DNA of 64,000 nt from a virus. How positions within the stretch are numbered: position 1 is the stretch's first letter; every line of letters begins with the position of its first letter. The DNA is taken from positions 32,001 through 96,000 of the IMG/VR virus record IMGVR_UViG_3300044614_002195. The stretch is one strand, 5' to 3'. Below are positions 8,274 through 17,057 of this stretch, in pieces. Both the position numbers and the translations under genes were made by a program. Under the pieces are notes generated by a model. That model had not been told where the DNA came from and ran no database searches. It saw only the letters and a list, made by a program, of their open reading frames with translations.

Positions 8274-10595
8274 ATGGAAAATAAATTTAAAAATATCAAT
8301 GAACTGCAGCGATTAGTTATGCAGAAAGCAGCAGGCGCGGAGTTAAACCGTTATTATGACGCAGCCAATGACGAGAATGCAAAGATTGGGTTACCTCAGA
8401 CAGGCAAGTTACCTGCAAGGGTCAGAGCAAAAAACCCAGCAAAAGCACGCATACCAGTCACCCAAGCTGCAGCACCAACTCCCGCGCCGGCCCCTGCACC
8501 AGCTCCTGCACCCGCGCCAGCCCCTGCACCAGCTCCTGCACCCGCGCCAGCCCCTGCACCTTCAGCAGCTACAAGCAGCGCAGCAAAGCCTAGACGCACC
8601 CAAGCAAGGAATAAACCGAGCGGAGCTTCACAAGCAATGCCTCCGGCGGCTCAATTTGAACAAAGAATGCTATCCAGGGGAGGCAAGGCAGCGTTAGGAC
8701 TTGGAGCAATGCAGGGCGCTTATGATCTATGGAACGCAGACGATAAAGTCGAGGGATTAGGTCAGGCTGTCGGAGATGTACTTCCAGGAGCAGCGATGTA
8801 TGGATTAACTAGACCAGGTACCGGAGCAGGCGCATCCAATATGGCCGGACGCGCAGGCAAAGCCTTAAGTAATTTATCACAACGTACAGGCTTAACGGAA
8901 ATGGCGAAGGATATAAATCAAAATGCTATAGCTCCAGCGATGAAGAAAATCACCCCAAGCCTTCAGGCGGCAGGGCAGACCATTAGAAATAAAATGCCTG
9001 CAGGAGCATCAACTGTCGCAAATAAAATTATGCCTAATCTAGGTAGAGCTGCAGGCTTTCTCGGAAAGAGATTAATTCCGGGACTTGGCGCAGGTATGTC
9101 CGGCGCCTCAGCTGTCAGTAGATGGAAAGAAGGCGACCGCCTCGGCGCATTAATGGACGCCGGACTGGGGGCAGCAAGCTTTATTCCAGGAGTAGGAGGA
9201 GCTGTAAATTTAGCAGGCTCAGGATTAATGGGACTTAGAGACAGTTATAGAAATAAAAATGCACCAACTCAAGAATTACCCAAAACTGGAGCATTCAACC
9301 TATACAAGCACGCCATATCGAATTTTAGGCGAGATATAGAAGATCCGTCTACAGGATATAATTCTGACTTACATCAAGCCATAGCGCCTATGGTTTCGCC
9401 AAATGTTCAAAATTTACCTGCAGGCTCTCCAGACGCAAAAAGAATTAGCGGGCTACAGGGAGATTTAAGAAAAGGCCTTGTAGGCCTTGAGTATCTAACA
9501 GGATTAAAGAAGAATACTGGCGAATCTTTTTATGACGAACATCCAGCTGAGGCAGTAGTAACCGATTTGCTAGGCAATTCCCCATTGATCGGCGCTGGGG
9601 TAGCTGGAGGAGGAATTGGATTAAATTATTTAAGACAGGCAAAAAACATGAGGATGACACAACCCTCAGCTATGTCTAGAGAGGGAAATATACAGGACCC
9701 TAGCAACTCTGCAAATCTCTTAGATCCTGCTAAAGGAAATTTACGAGCAGATGTTGGTCGTGTTTTCGGTGATGAAGAAAATGTTACTGCACGCTTAAAG
9801 ATATTAGATAGACTCAATAAGAATGCACCAGATAAAGGTTTCGAAAAACAATATCAACGTTTGGCTGACGCAAAAGCAGCTATAGAAAGAAAGAACAGTC
9901 AGATTTTAAACGAGCTTAATTCAAGCCTGGAATCTTCAAAAATCAGTGAAAAAGATATCAAGCGAATACAGACTAGAATTAATGCAATTGAAAAAGCTCA
10001 AGCTCACCAGACTGGGGCTATAGATAAGGATATAAAGGCTTTACTCACAAAGGCAAAAAGCTCTAGAGGGGCCTCAGCTTTACCTGAATACGCTAATTTT
10101 CATGAGTCTCTTCAAAAAGCAAATCGCCAGGGAGGACTTAAGAATTACATAGGAGAGGGTCTTCACGATTATCTCGGAGACGGAGAAATTGCTAGCTGGA
10201 TTAAGAAAAATATTCTTCCCGGAAGAGATCAAGCTATAGGAGATCTTCTTGAAAGGCATAAGTTGACAGGACAAAACCCTCATTTCGATGACATGCTCAT
10301 CAAGGATATTATAAGAGAAAACAAAGGAGGAGCACCACTTCATCCTGGGTTTAACGAAACAACCTTAAGGCGTATAGCCGACCCTGAGCACCAGTCTTCA
10401 GGATTGAGAAGAAGCTTTAGCAAGATGAAACTTCCTCTAGCTGCCGGCGCAGGGATTGCAGCAGGAGGCACAGGGCTTTATTATCTGCTCAAAGCAATAC
10501 AGAATCAAATGCATCCGAAAGAAAAAACCGATGAGTGGAAGAGAACTCTCTTAAAAGCTCGCGGAGATTTTGACGCAGCAAATAGAATAGGATAA
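8274..10595 (+). CDS. Putative internal/ejection protein with (AP)n linker and Gly-rich hydrophobic helices
   Basis: 773 aa; Ala-Pro repeat; segments such as IPGLGAGMSGASAVSRWKEGDRLGALMDAGLGAASFIPGVG and C-terminal LAAGAGIAAGGTGLYYLL. Confidence 0.6.
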   Translation: MENKFKNINELQRLVMQKAAGAELNRYYDAANDENAKIGLPQTGKLPARVRAKNPAKARIPVTQAAAPTPAPAPAPAPAPAPAPAPAPAPAPAPAPSAATSSAAKPRRTQARNKPSGASQAMPPAAQFEQRMLSRGGKAALGLGAMQGAYDLWNADDKVEGLGQAVGDVLPGAAMYGLTRPGTGAGASNMAGRAGKALSNLSQRTGLTEMAKDINQNAIAPAMKKITPSLQAAGQTIRNKMPAGASTVANKIMPNLGRAAGFLGKRLIPGLGAGMSGASAVSRWKEGDRLGALMDAGLGAASFIPGVGGAVNLAGSGLMGLRDSYRNKNAPTQELPKTGAFNLYKHAISNFRRDIEDPSTGYNSDLHQAIAPMVSPNVQNLPAGSPDAKRISGLQGDLRKGLVGLEYLTGLKKNTGESFYDEHPAEAVVTDLLGNSPLIGAGVAGGGIGLNYLRQAKNMRMTQPSAMSREGNIQDPSNSANLLDPAKGNLRADVGRVFGDEENVTARLKILDRLNKNAPDKGFEKQYQRLADAKAAIERKNSQILNELNSSLESSKISEKDIKRIQTRINAIEKAQAHQTGAIDKDIKALLTKAKSSRGASALPEYANFHESLQKANRQGGLKNYIGEGLHDYLGDGEIASWIKKNILPGRDQAIGDLLERHKLTGQNPHFDDMLIKDIIRENKGGAPLHPGFNETTLRRIADPEHQSSGLRRSFSKMKLPLAAGAGIAAGGTGLYYLLKAIQNQMHPKEKTDEWKRTLLKARGDFDAANRIG
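8472..8561 (+). repeat. 30-bp-period tandem repeat encoding (AP)n
   Basis: cccgcgccagcccctgcaccagctcctgca at 8481, 8511 and partially 8541. Confidence 0.95.
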
Positions 10596-10599
10596 CTAT

Positions 10600-12051
10600 A
10601 TGTACAAAGGCTTAATTAAATTTAGCAATACAAACGACTGGAATTGGGATGTGGAGCCCGTACAGCTTATCCGAAGCAGTAACACATTAACTAAAGCAGG
10701 CGCTGATAACTCTGAGTTAAAAACAGAAAAAACAGCCGGACAGACGGATGTTCTTGTGATCGCGCTTGGAGCCTACGAAGGAACAGGAGCAAATAGAAAT
10801 GGTGACATCTTCAAAGAAGCGTCATGCAAAGCACACTATAAAACTTTTGTTAAGTCAGGAAGCAAACGCAGTGATGGATCGTATGATGGCAGAGCAGTAA
10901 ATAGACATCATAAAAATAAGCCTGAAGATCCTAAATTTGGTAATATCAAAGCAGCTTCGTATAACGATAAAATGAAGCGCATTGAGCTAGTTATCGGCCT
11001 TGATAACGATAAATGTGCAGAAGAAATCCAAAAGCTAGCGGAAGGAAAACAGATTAATGTGAGCATGGCGGCCAAGGTTGCCTACGACAAATGCACCTGG
11101 TGCGGACACAATGCAAAAACAGACAACGATCGTTGTAAGCATATCCCAAAAGAACTTGGAGAAATCAACAAGCAGGGTGAAATGTGTAGCATGGATAACA
11201 TCGACCCTAAATGGTTTGAAATCTCTATAGTAGGCAGACCGGCAGATAGAATAGGTATGTCTCTCAAACTTGCTTCAGACAATAACTATATTAAAACAGC
11301 TAGTGATTACCGCGAAATGTACCCAGGATTTGTCGCACCTGCAGACGAAGAGCAGTTTTTAACTATTTCAAAATATGCCTCTGAAAAGAGAAGTCTTGTT
11401 AAAAAATTGGCCGCGCTAGAAAAGCATATTGATGCTGTGATGACTGGAGGACCTAAAAACTCTAAAGATAAATACCTGAAAGAGCATAGGTCTAAAATAA
11501 AGCACTCGGATAATATTTCTGAAGACACTATCGACGAGCTTAGAAATTTCGAACCTTCCAAGCTATTAAGAGCTTTAGCTGATAACGGAATTGTTTTTTC
11601 TCCTGAAGATTTTGTGAAATACCTATTCGGGAGCAGCAAATTCAAAGGATCTTCGTCAGACATGTTTAGCAAGATAAAGGATCATTTACCTTTGATGTTT
11701 TCTGACGCTGAAGATGATGGAGATGATGGAGATGATGTTGTTAACGAGGAAAAGTATGAACCTTCAAGTTCTGATGTAATACCCAAGGAATTATCCTCTC
11801 TAGTAAAAAAGCTTTTTGATGGTCACTCTATGTTTGACTCTCCAGCACATGGAAGAATTATGCGAATCACTATAGTCAAACGTATTCCAAAAGAACGAGC
11901 GCATGAGGATAAGGAGATCTCAAAAGAGGCAGCGATTAAGACGTTAGCTAAGCAATATGCTGCTTATAAACTCGCGGCCTTACGTTATATGGATGAGCAA
12001 AATAAGCTCGACGAAGATACAATGCTTAATATTTTAATGCAGAACAGATAA
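10600..12051 (+). CDS. Prohead maturation protease (HK97/assemblin-like serine protease) with Zn-ribbon insert
   Basis: NRNGDIF, AVNRHHKN (His), VSMAAKVAYDKCTWCGH...RCKH (Ser plus Cys/His cluster), FEISIVGRPAD; sits upstream of scaffold and capsid genes. Confidence 0.8.
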   Translation: MYKGLIKFSNTNDWNWDVEPVQLIRSSNTLTKAGADNSELKTEKTAGQTDVLVIALGAYEGTGANRNGDIFKEASCKAHYKTFVKSGSKRSDGSYDGRAVNRHHKNKPEDPKFGNIKAASYNDKMKRIELVIGLDNDKCAEEIQKLAEGKQINVSMAAKVAYDKCTWCGHNAKTDNDRCKHIPKELGEINKQGEMCSMDNIDPKWFEISIVGRPADRIGMSLKLASDNNYIKTASDYREMYPGFVAPADEEQFLTISKYASEKRSLVKKLAALEKHIDAVMTGGPKNSKDKYLKEHRSKIKHSDNISEDTIDELRNFEPSKLLRALADNGIVFSPEDFVKYLFGSSKFKGSSSDMFSKIKDHLPLMFSDAEDDGDDGDDVVNEEKYEPSSSDVIPKELSSLVKKLFDGHSMFDSPAHGRIMRITIVKRIPKERAHEDKEISKEAAIKTLAKQYAAYKLAALRYMDEQNKLDEDTMLNILMQNR

Positions 12052-12058
12052 AAAACAC

Positions 12059-12087
12059 TTGGAACAAACAAAGAAGTAAGTTAACAT
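12059..12087 (+). promoter_or_regulatory. Possible sigma70-type promoter TTGGAA-17-TAACAT
   Basis: Correct spacing, intergenic, 16 nt before ATG 12104; weaker consensus. Confidence 0.45.
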
Positions 12088-12103
12088 TTAAAAAATATAA
12101 ATT

Positions 12104-13228
12104 ATGTCAAACAACTACATGAAAACACTGGCCGCCTCTTTTCTGAGAGCTAAATTAGCAGCACAAACTCCAGAAGAAAAGATGCATGAACAAGCTGAAA
12201 CCCCTGAGCAAGAGCAACTCGAGCACGCTGCAGGAGGCTATGAAGAAGGTGGCGAACTTCCAGGCAACGAAGCTCACGAAGAAATGGAAACACCTGAGGC
12301 TGAAAGCCTAGAGCATGCTCCTGGCGGCTATGAAGAAGGCGGCGAAGAAATGCCTGCAGGAAACCCCGACGAGGACGCTCATCTTGATCAGATGTTATCG
12401 CAGCTATCTCCAGAAGAATTAGATCAACTCGCTGAGCAGCTTGCAGGCGAAATGCAGGGTGGTGGAGTAGCTGGACCTGGAGCTGAAGGCGAAGACGTCG
12501 GAGAACTTGCTCAAGCCATCGAGCAGCATTTAGCACAAAATCCAGAAGCAGCAGTACCCCAAGCAGAGCCACAAAAAATGGCAGCTCTAGAATTTGTTAA
12601 GTCCGCCTCATACATCGAAGGATTTTTAAATCAGGCAATTGAAAGAGGTGTAAGTGTCAAGCAGGCTGTGGATATGTATGACCAGTCTCTTACAAACACG
12701 ATTCAAGCACTTAAACAGGCAGAGTTGAAAGGTAATCAGCATAAATTAGATGTTGATCACGACGGTAAGATCGAAGCAGAAGATCTTAAAAAGCTTAGAG
12801 AAGGGAAAAAAGCTAAAACAGCTGAAGAATTAAGAGAAGAAATTAAGACTGCTGCCTACTACGAAGGCGTAATTGAAAGAGCCAGAGAATACGGATTTTC
12901 TGACTACGAGGCTGTTAATTTTGTTAAGCAAGCAGCAACCAAAGGTTTTAGCCAATACGGCTCAAAGGGACAAAAAGGAAGTATGTTTGCTAAGAAAGCT
13001 AAAACACAAGCTAAAACACAAGCTAAAACACAAGCTAAACCACAAGCTAAAACAAAAGATGCGCCAAAAGCCTCCCAACCAACTTCATCTTACGATAGAC
13101 TAAAGCAAGATGCTGCAGCAATGAAGAACAAGGCAGTAAAGTACGTCAAAGATAATCCAATTAAATCTACAATAGCTGGAGCAGGCGCAGCAGGTTTAGC
13201 TGGAGGTTACCTGAGCAGCAAAGATTAA
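12104..13228 (+). CDS. Acidic prohead core/scaffold-like protein with EF-hand-like loop
   Basis: Glu-rich, internal 30-aa repeat, DVDHDGKIEAED loop, many K-x-A motifs, directly after the protease. Confidence 0.65.
   Translation: MSNNYMKTLAASFLRAKLAAQTPEEKMHEQAETPEQEQLEHAAGGYEEGGELPGNEAHEEMETPEAESLEHAPGGYEEGGEEMPAGNPDEDAHLDQMLSQLSPEELDQLAEQLAGEMQGGGVAGPGAEGEDVGELAQAIEQHLAQNPEAAVPQAEPQKMAALEFVKSASYIEGFLNQAIERGVSVKQAVDMYDQSLTNTIQALKQAELKGNQHKLDVDHDGKIEAEDLKKLREGKKAKTAEELREEIKTAAYYEGVIERAREYGFSDYEAVNFVKQAATKGFSQYGSKGQKGSMFAKKAKTQAKTQAKTQAKPQAKTKDAPKASQPTSSYDRLKQDAAAMKNKAVKYVKDNPIKSTIAGAGAAGLAGGYLSSKD
12998..13057 (+). repeat. 12-bp tandem repeat (gctaaaacacaa) x5 encoding AKTQ
   Basis: Units at 12998, 13010, 13022, 13034 (one substitution), 13046 (degenerate). 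Confidence 0.95.
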
Positions 13229-13303
13229 TAATTACTAATTTAACTATTTACAAACAACTAAAACTGAAATAAAATCTAAAACAATAGGAGTAATCAAAAA
13301 TAT

Positions 13304-14221
13304 ATGGCTAAACTAACAAAACATGCAGAAGTACTTAACCAATTACATACCATGGTTAAGAAGCAGGCTGAAGAAGCTCAGAAGAATATTTCCGGCGTCC
13401 CCGGCGGAGATGTCAAATCTGTAAGCGTCAGCGATGAGCACGAAACAACAAATAAGAATTCGGTGGGTCCAGAGAATGTAGCTCAGGGATATCATCAAAA
13501 GCCATCAGAAGATTCTTCTAAACCTCTTGCAAACGCTAAAAGCGCCAGTGAGTTAGGTACAGAAATTTTAGACATTATCCGCAAGCAGGCTGAAGCTCAG
13601 GACAGCGTCACTGGCGCACCTGGCGACGTGAAGTCCGAAAGCGTTGGCGACAATCAGGAAAAAGTGGACAAGAACAGCGTCAAGCCTGAAAATAACAAGC
13701 AGGACTATGAGCAGAAGGCATCCACAGACGAATCAAAGCCATTAGCTTCAGCAAAAAAGGCAGAAGTTGAAGAGCTTGCAGCCAAAGTTGCCTCTTACGA
13801 ATTGGGTCGCCAGTTTTGTGCAGCACTTTTAAAGGCCGCTGGAGAAGACCAGAGACAAGATGAAGCAGAACTCATGAAGCAGGCAGGCCGCAGGGATTTT
13901 GATCTTTTAATCTCTGAAGCTGCTGAAAGTCTTGAGGCTCAAGCCGAAGAAGAGGAGCAGGTCAAGCAGGCAGAACAGGCAGGCGCCACTTATTTTGACG
14001 AATTACTCAAGGAAGCTGCACTACAGGAAGCTGCCGAAGAAAACAAGCAGCTCAAGAGTAAGCTTGCTGAATACGAGCAGTTCGTTAAAGAAGCTCAGGC
14101 TCAGCAGGAAGCAGCAGAATATCAACAGGCCTTTGAACAGCAGCAGGTCAAACTTGCAGAGTCAGTAGCAGCTACAGTTCTCGAAAGACTGAAGAGCGAA
14201 ATGGCTCAGCCTGCACAGTAA
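13304..14221 (+). CDS. Scaffolding-like protein (coiled-coil, acidic)
   Basis: 305 aa, E/Q/A/K rich, internal ~62-aa duplication, AGGAG upstream, between protease and capsid. Confidence 0.7.
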   Translation: MAKLTKHAEVLNQLHTMVKKQAEEAQKNISGVPGGDVKSVSVSDEHETTNKNSVGPENVAQGYHQKPSEDSSKPLANAKSASELGTEILDIIRKQAEAQDSVTGAPGDVKSESVGDNQEKVDKNSVKPENNKQDYEQKASTDESKPLASAKKAEVEELAAKVASYELGRQFCAALLKAAGEDQRQDEAELMKQAGRRDFDLLISEAAESLEAQAEEEEQVKQAEQAGATYFDELLKEAALQEAAEENKQLKSKLAEYEQFVKEAQAQQEAAEYQQAFEQQQVKLAESVAATVLERLKSEMAQPAQ

Positions 14222-14233
14222 TTTAAGCTTGTC

Positions 14234-14389
14234 ATGCCTGCTGACTCTCTAGATCCAATTTCTATAGAGCAGCAGGCATTGAACGCCTTAGATTATTTAA
14301 GTGACGAAGATAAGAGTAAGGTTCTCAAATACATTGAGAGCCTTATACAACTACAATCACCATCAAATGACAAAACAAGCGCTATATAA
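14234..14389 (+). CDS. Small ORF (51 aa) not in the ORF track
   Basis: MPADSLDPISIEQQALNALDYLSDEDKSKVLKYIESLIQLQSPSNDKTSAI fills the gap between 14221 and 14367. Confidence 0.5.
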   Translation: MPADSLDPISIEQQALNALDYLSDEDKSKVLKYIESLIQLQSPSNDKTSAI

Positions 14390-14762
14390 AGTAGAAGAAT
14401 TTGTTAAGGTTGCTCTTGATGAGATTTCTGATCTTCAACAAAAGCTAGCGCAACAAAAAACAAAGCAGGCAGAGCAACAAGCTGAACTCGATAAGAATTT
14501 AGACACGGCACTTAAAAAGGCTGCAGCTGCAATGTATAGCTCTGATTTTATTAATGATGAAGAAGAAAAATCTTTGTTCATTAAAAAAGCAAAAGAAGAC
14601 TCATGCTATCTAGCTAAAGTTGTAGAACGTGTTTGCCAGGCCGCAGATGTCGCATATATGGGTAAGTCGGCCAGCGTTAAATCCAGCAGCCAATCCGAAG
14701 ATCCTGTTATGCGTAGAGCTTTTGGATACGATCAAAATTACAGTCTTTTAGACGACGAATAA
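14367..14762 (+). CDS. Coiled-coil head-associated protein (probable start ATG 14367)
   Basis: MTKQALYK...; K-x-A motifs; the track's GTG start at 14301 is less likely. Confidence 0.7.
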   Translation: MTKQALYKVEEFVKVALDEISDLQQKLAQQKTKQAEQQAELDKNLDTALKKAAAAMYSSDFINDEEEKSLFIKKAKEDSCYLAKVVERVCQAADVAYMGKSASVKSSSQSEDPVMRRAFGYDQNYSLLDDE

Positions 14763-14766
14763 TATT

Positions 14767-15111
14767 ATGAATAACTATTTCTTGGTAGGCTTTTTAAAAA
14801 GAGCAGAACAGCATGGTATAGATAGAGATACTGCGATTAGACTTCACGAAAAATACGCAGGGCCTATCGAAGACTTTAAATCCATGCAATCTCCAGGAAT
14901 GCAGGTCACAGCACCTACACCAGCGGTAGGCACATTATCTACAGGGTCTACAGGTACAGTAGGTAAACCTGTCGTAAGAAAATCCACTAGCGTAGCACCA
15001 GGTACAGTCTCCGCAGGTACAGCAACCGCCACCCCAGGCTTAAGATCCGGAGTAGCAGGTATGCAGGGAGGACTGGACAATTTAAAAAACTTTTTCGGAT
15101 TAGGCAAATAG
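14767..15111 (+). CDS. Small putative internal head protein
   Basis: N-terminal YFLVGFLKRAEQHGIDRDTAIRLHEKYA motif followed by Thr/Gly/Pro-rich tail. Confidence 0.65.
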   Translation: MNNYFLVGFLKRAEQHGIDRDTAIRLHEKYAGPIEDFKSMQSPGMQVTAPTPAVGTLSTGSTGTVGKPVVRKSTSVAPGTVSAGTATATPGLRSGVAGMQGGLDNLKNFFGLGK

Positions 15112-15268
15112 TCTAATCTAAAAATATTGTTGACTCATAAGTATTTTTTTACGACAATATTAATATAACTTTTCAGCGGAACATTTCTGATGCGGTCTTG
15201 AACGACGCTCGGGGTAGGAAGCAACCAAACAAAAAACAAACTAAACAAAAATAGGAGAAAAACTTAAT

Positions 15269-15712
15269 ATGATTAATTTCAAAAAAGGTCCCGCTCTCAG
15301 TTTGCATCAAGTAAACTATATCGGTGCCGCAAAAACAAATGAAGGTGTAGTTGCAGGAATGGTTGTTGAAATCGACCCTACAACTAAACAAGTGGTTAAA
15401 GCCACTATCGGTTCAGGCGAAACCACAGGATTATACGGATTTGCAATCAACAACCAGTCCTCTGGAGATGTGATTGAGTCCGGCAAAATCGGAGTTTATG
15501 CCCTCGATGGCGCATCCGTGGTTGAAACAGATCAAGTCCTTGAAACCATTAACGGAACAAATTTCCCGATTGGGGCATTGGTTTCTGCTTCAGGTGGAAA
15601 AGTGACTAAGGATGTTGTCGGCAAAGCCATCGGTCAGGTCGAAGGCTTCCGCGATATCCCGAGAGGTTCCGAGCCTTCCGTGAAGGTGCTCGGCGTTAAA
15701 CTCTTCAGCTAA
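15269..15712 (+). CDS. Capsid decoration/cement protein
   Basis: 147 aa, Gly/Val-rich beta-type sequence immediately upstream of the major capsid gene; AGGAG upstream. Confidence 0.7.
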   Translation: MINFKKGPALSLHQVNYIGAAKTNEGVVAGMVVEIDPTTKQVVKATIGSGETTGLYGFAINNQSSGDVIESGKIGVYALDGASVVETDQVLETINGTNFPIGALVSASGGKVTKDVVGKAIGQVEGFRDIPRGSEPSVKVLGVKLFS

Positions 15713-15738
15713 TCTAACCAGGAGAAAAAATTAAATAT

Positions 15739-16698
15739 ATGGAAAAAATCGCAAATCAAAGAGTTTTCAACGATACGTTCGTTGAAATGGTTAAAGCTGG
15801 CGAAGAGAAGAAGGCAGCAGTGTCTGCACAGTCCTTCACCCGCAACAAGCTTCGTGAAGAAAGCTTCACGGAAAAGATTATCACCCCTATCGACATCAGC
15901 AATGATGACCTCGACAAGGCCCAGAATCCTGAGATGCTTGTTAAGTGGAATGATCGTGAGCCTGATACTGCACCTGCAGTGACAATCCCATTGGGTGTTG
16001 TTCCTGACATGTTCCAGTTCTCTGGTACGCGTTATCCTTCCTACTTCACTCGTATCACGAGCCCGAAGTTCAACAAGGACATCGATCAGCTCCGTAGCTA
16101 CGACTACGACATTCGTGCAATCATGCTCGAATTGAGTACCAAGGACATCGCGACCGAAATCGACACACGCTTCATGGAGCGCGTGGATAGCATCATCGGT
16201 CCAGTTAACGCAGCTAACACCCTCAACGGCCTCGAGCTCCCACAGAATGTCACCATTAGCGGTGGTATTACCCGTGAGAACGTCGCAGAAGCATTCAAGG
16301 TCATTCAGCGCTTGAAGGTGCCGTTTGGTCCTTCCCAGCCTGATGGCGGCGAAAGCAAGGGCGTTATGCTCATGAACAACGTCACTGCGCAGGACTTCGT
16401 CAAGATGAGCCGTAGTGAAGTTGGCGGCGATCTCGCACAGGAAATGTTCGTCAGCGGTCTTCCTTCCAAGACTCTCTTGGGGGTTAAGCCGATCTATACG
16501 ATCAAGCGCGATCTCGTGCCTGATGGCGTTATCTATCTGTTCTCTTCCGAAGAATTCTTCGGCAAGTACTACAGATTGCAGCCATTGACAGTGTTCATGA
16601 AGAACGAAGCTTACTTCCTCGAGTACTTCCAGTACATGAACCTCTCGCTCGCAATCGGTAACGTTAAGGGTGTTGTCCGCGTGGACTTCAACGCTTAA
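15739..16698 (+). CDS. Major capsid protein (HK97 fold inferred)
   Basis: 319 aa; LREESFTEKIITP and ITSPKFNKDIDQLRSYDYDIR resemble phage MCPs; visibly biased C-ending codons; followed by strong terminator; canonical position after protease/scaffold/decoration. Confidence 0.88.
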   Translation: MEKIANQRVFNDTFVEMVKAGEEKKAAVSAQSFTRNKLREESFTEKIITPIDISNDDLDKAQNPEMLVKWNDREPDTAPAVTIPLGVVPDMFQFSGTRYPSYFTRITSPKFNKDIDQLRSYDYDIRAIMLELSTKDIATEIDTRFMERVDSIIGPVNAANTLNGLELPQNVTISGGITRENVAEAFKVIQRLKVPFGPSQPDGGESKGVMLMNNVTAQDFVKMSRSEVGGDLAQEMFVSGLPSKTLLGVKPIYTIKRDLVPDGVIYLFSSEEFFGKYYRLQPLTVFMKNEAYFLEYFQYMNLSLAIGNVKGVVRVDFNA

Positions 16699-16724
16699 TC
16701 TAAACTAGAGCTAGTGATTTAATG

Positions 16725-16754
16725 AGGGGACCCTTTAACCGGGGTCCCCTTTTT
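16725..16754 (+). terminator. Intrinsic terminator after capsid gene
   Basis: AGGGGACCC / GGGTCCCCT 9-bp stem, 8-nt loop, followed by T run. Confidence 0.9.
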
Positions 16755-16770
16755 AATGCCTACATGCCGC

Positions 16771-16799
16771 TTGATATATAGTGATATTATATCTATAAT
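16771..16799 (+). promoter_or_regulatory. sigma70-type promoter TTGATA-17-TATAAT
   Basis: Near-consensus, just after the terminator, 7 nt before ATG 16807. Confidence 0.8.
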
Positions 16800-16806
16800 A
16801 GCTTTT

Positions 16807-17055
16807 ATGAACGAAAATATCCTTACAGAGTTTTTTAGCTTTCTAGATAAATCAGCGACTCTTAAAGCTGCGAACGAGGAAATAGGTACAAATCCTCCGC
16901 CACTACCTACAGGCAAAGAACCTAGGCACTCAGCTGTAGATCAGGTTAACAATACACAAGCCCCAGGATTAAATAATCCAAGCCATGGTGGAGCAGGAGG
17001 AATGCCCTTAAAAGCTCCAGCACTTAAACCTGTATCTTGGAATAAACCTTCATAG
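16807..17055 (+). CDS. Small K-x-A-containing protein (probable start ATG 16807)
   Basis: MNENILTEFFSFLDKSATLKAANEE...; Pro/Gly-rich tail; start follows promoter. Confidence 0.6.
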   Translation: MNENILTEFFSFLDKSATLKAANEEIGTNPPPLPTGKEPRHSAVDQVNNTQAPGLNNPSHGGAGGMPLKAPALKPVSWNKPS

Positions 17056-17057
17056 TA

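Noticed and set aside
8356-8697. Alternative-frame and antisense ORFs over the (AP)n repeat (8356-8697, 8396-8599)
   Set aside because: By-products of the stop-free repeat inside the 8274 gene.
15190-15210. GCGGTCTTGAA resembles a tRNA-Ser(TGA) anticodon arm
   Set aside because: No acceptor stem, D-arm or TTCGAA T-loop can be built around it.
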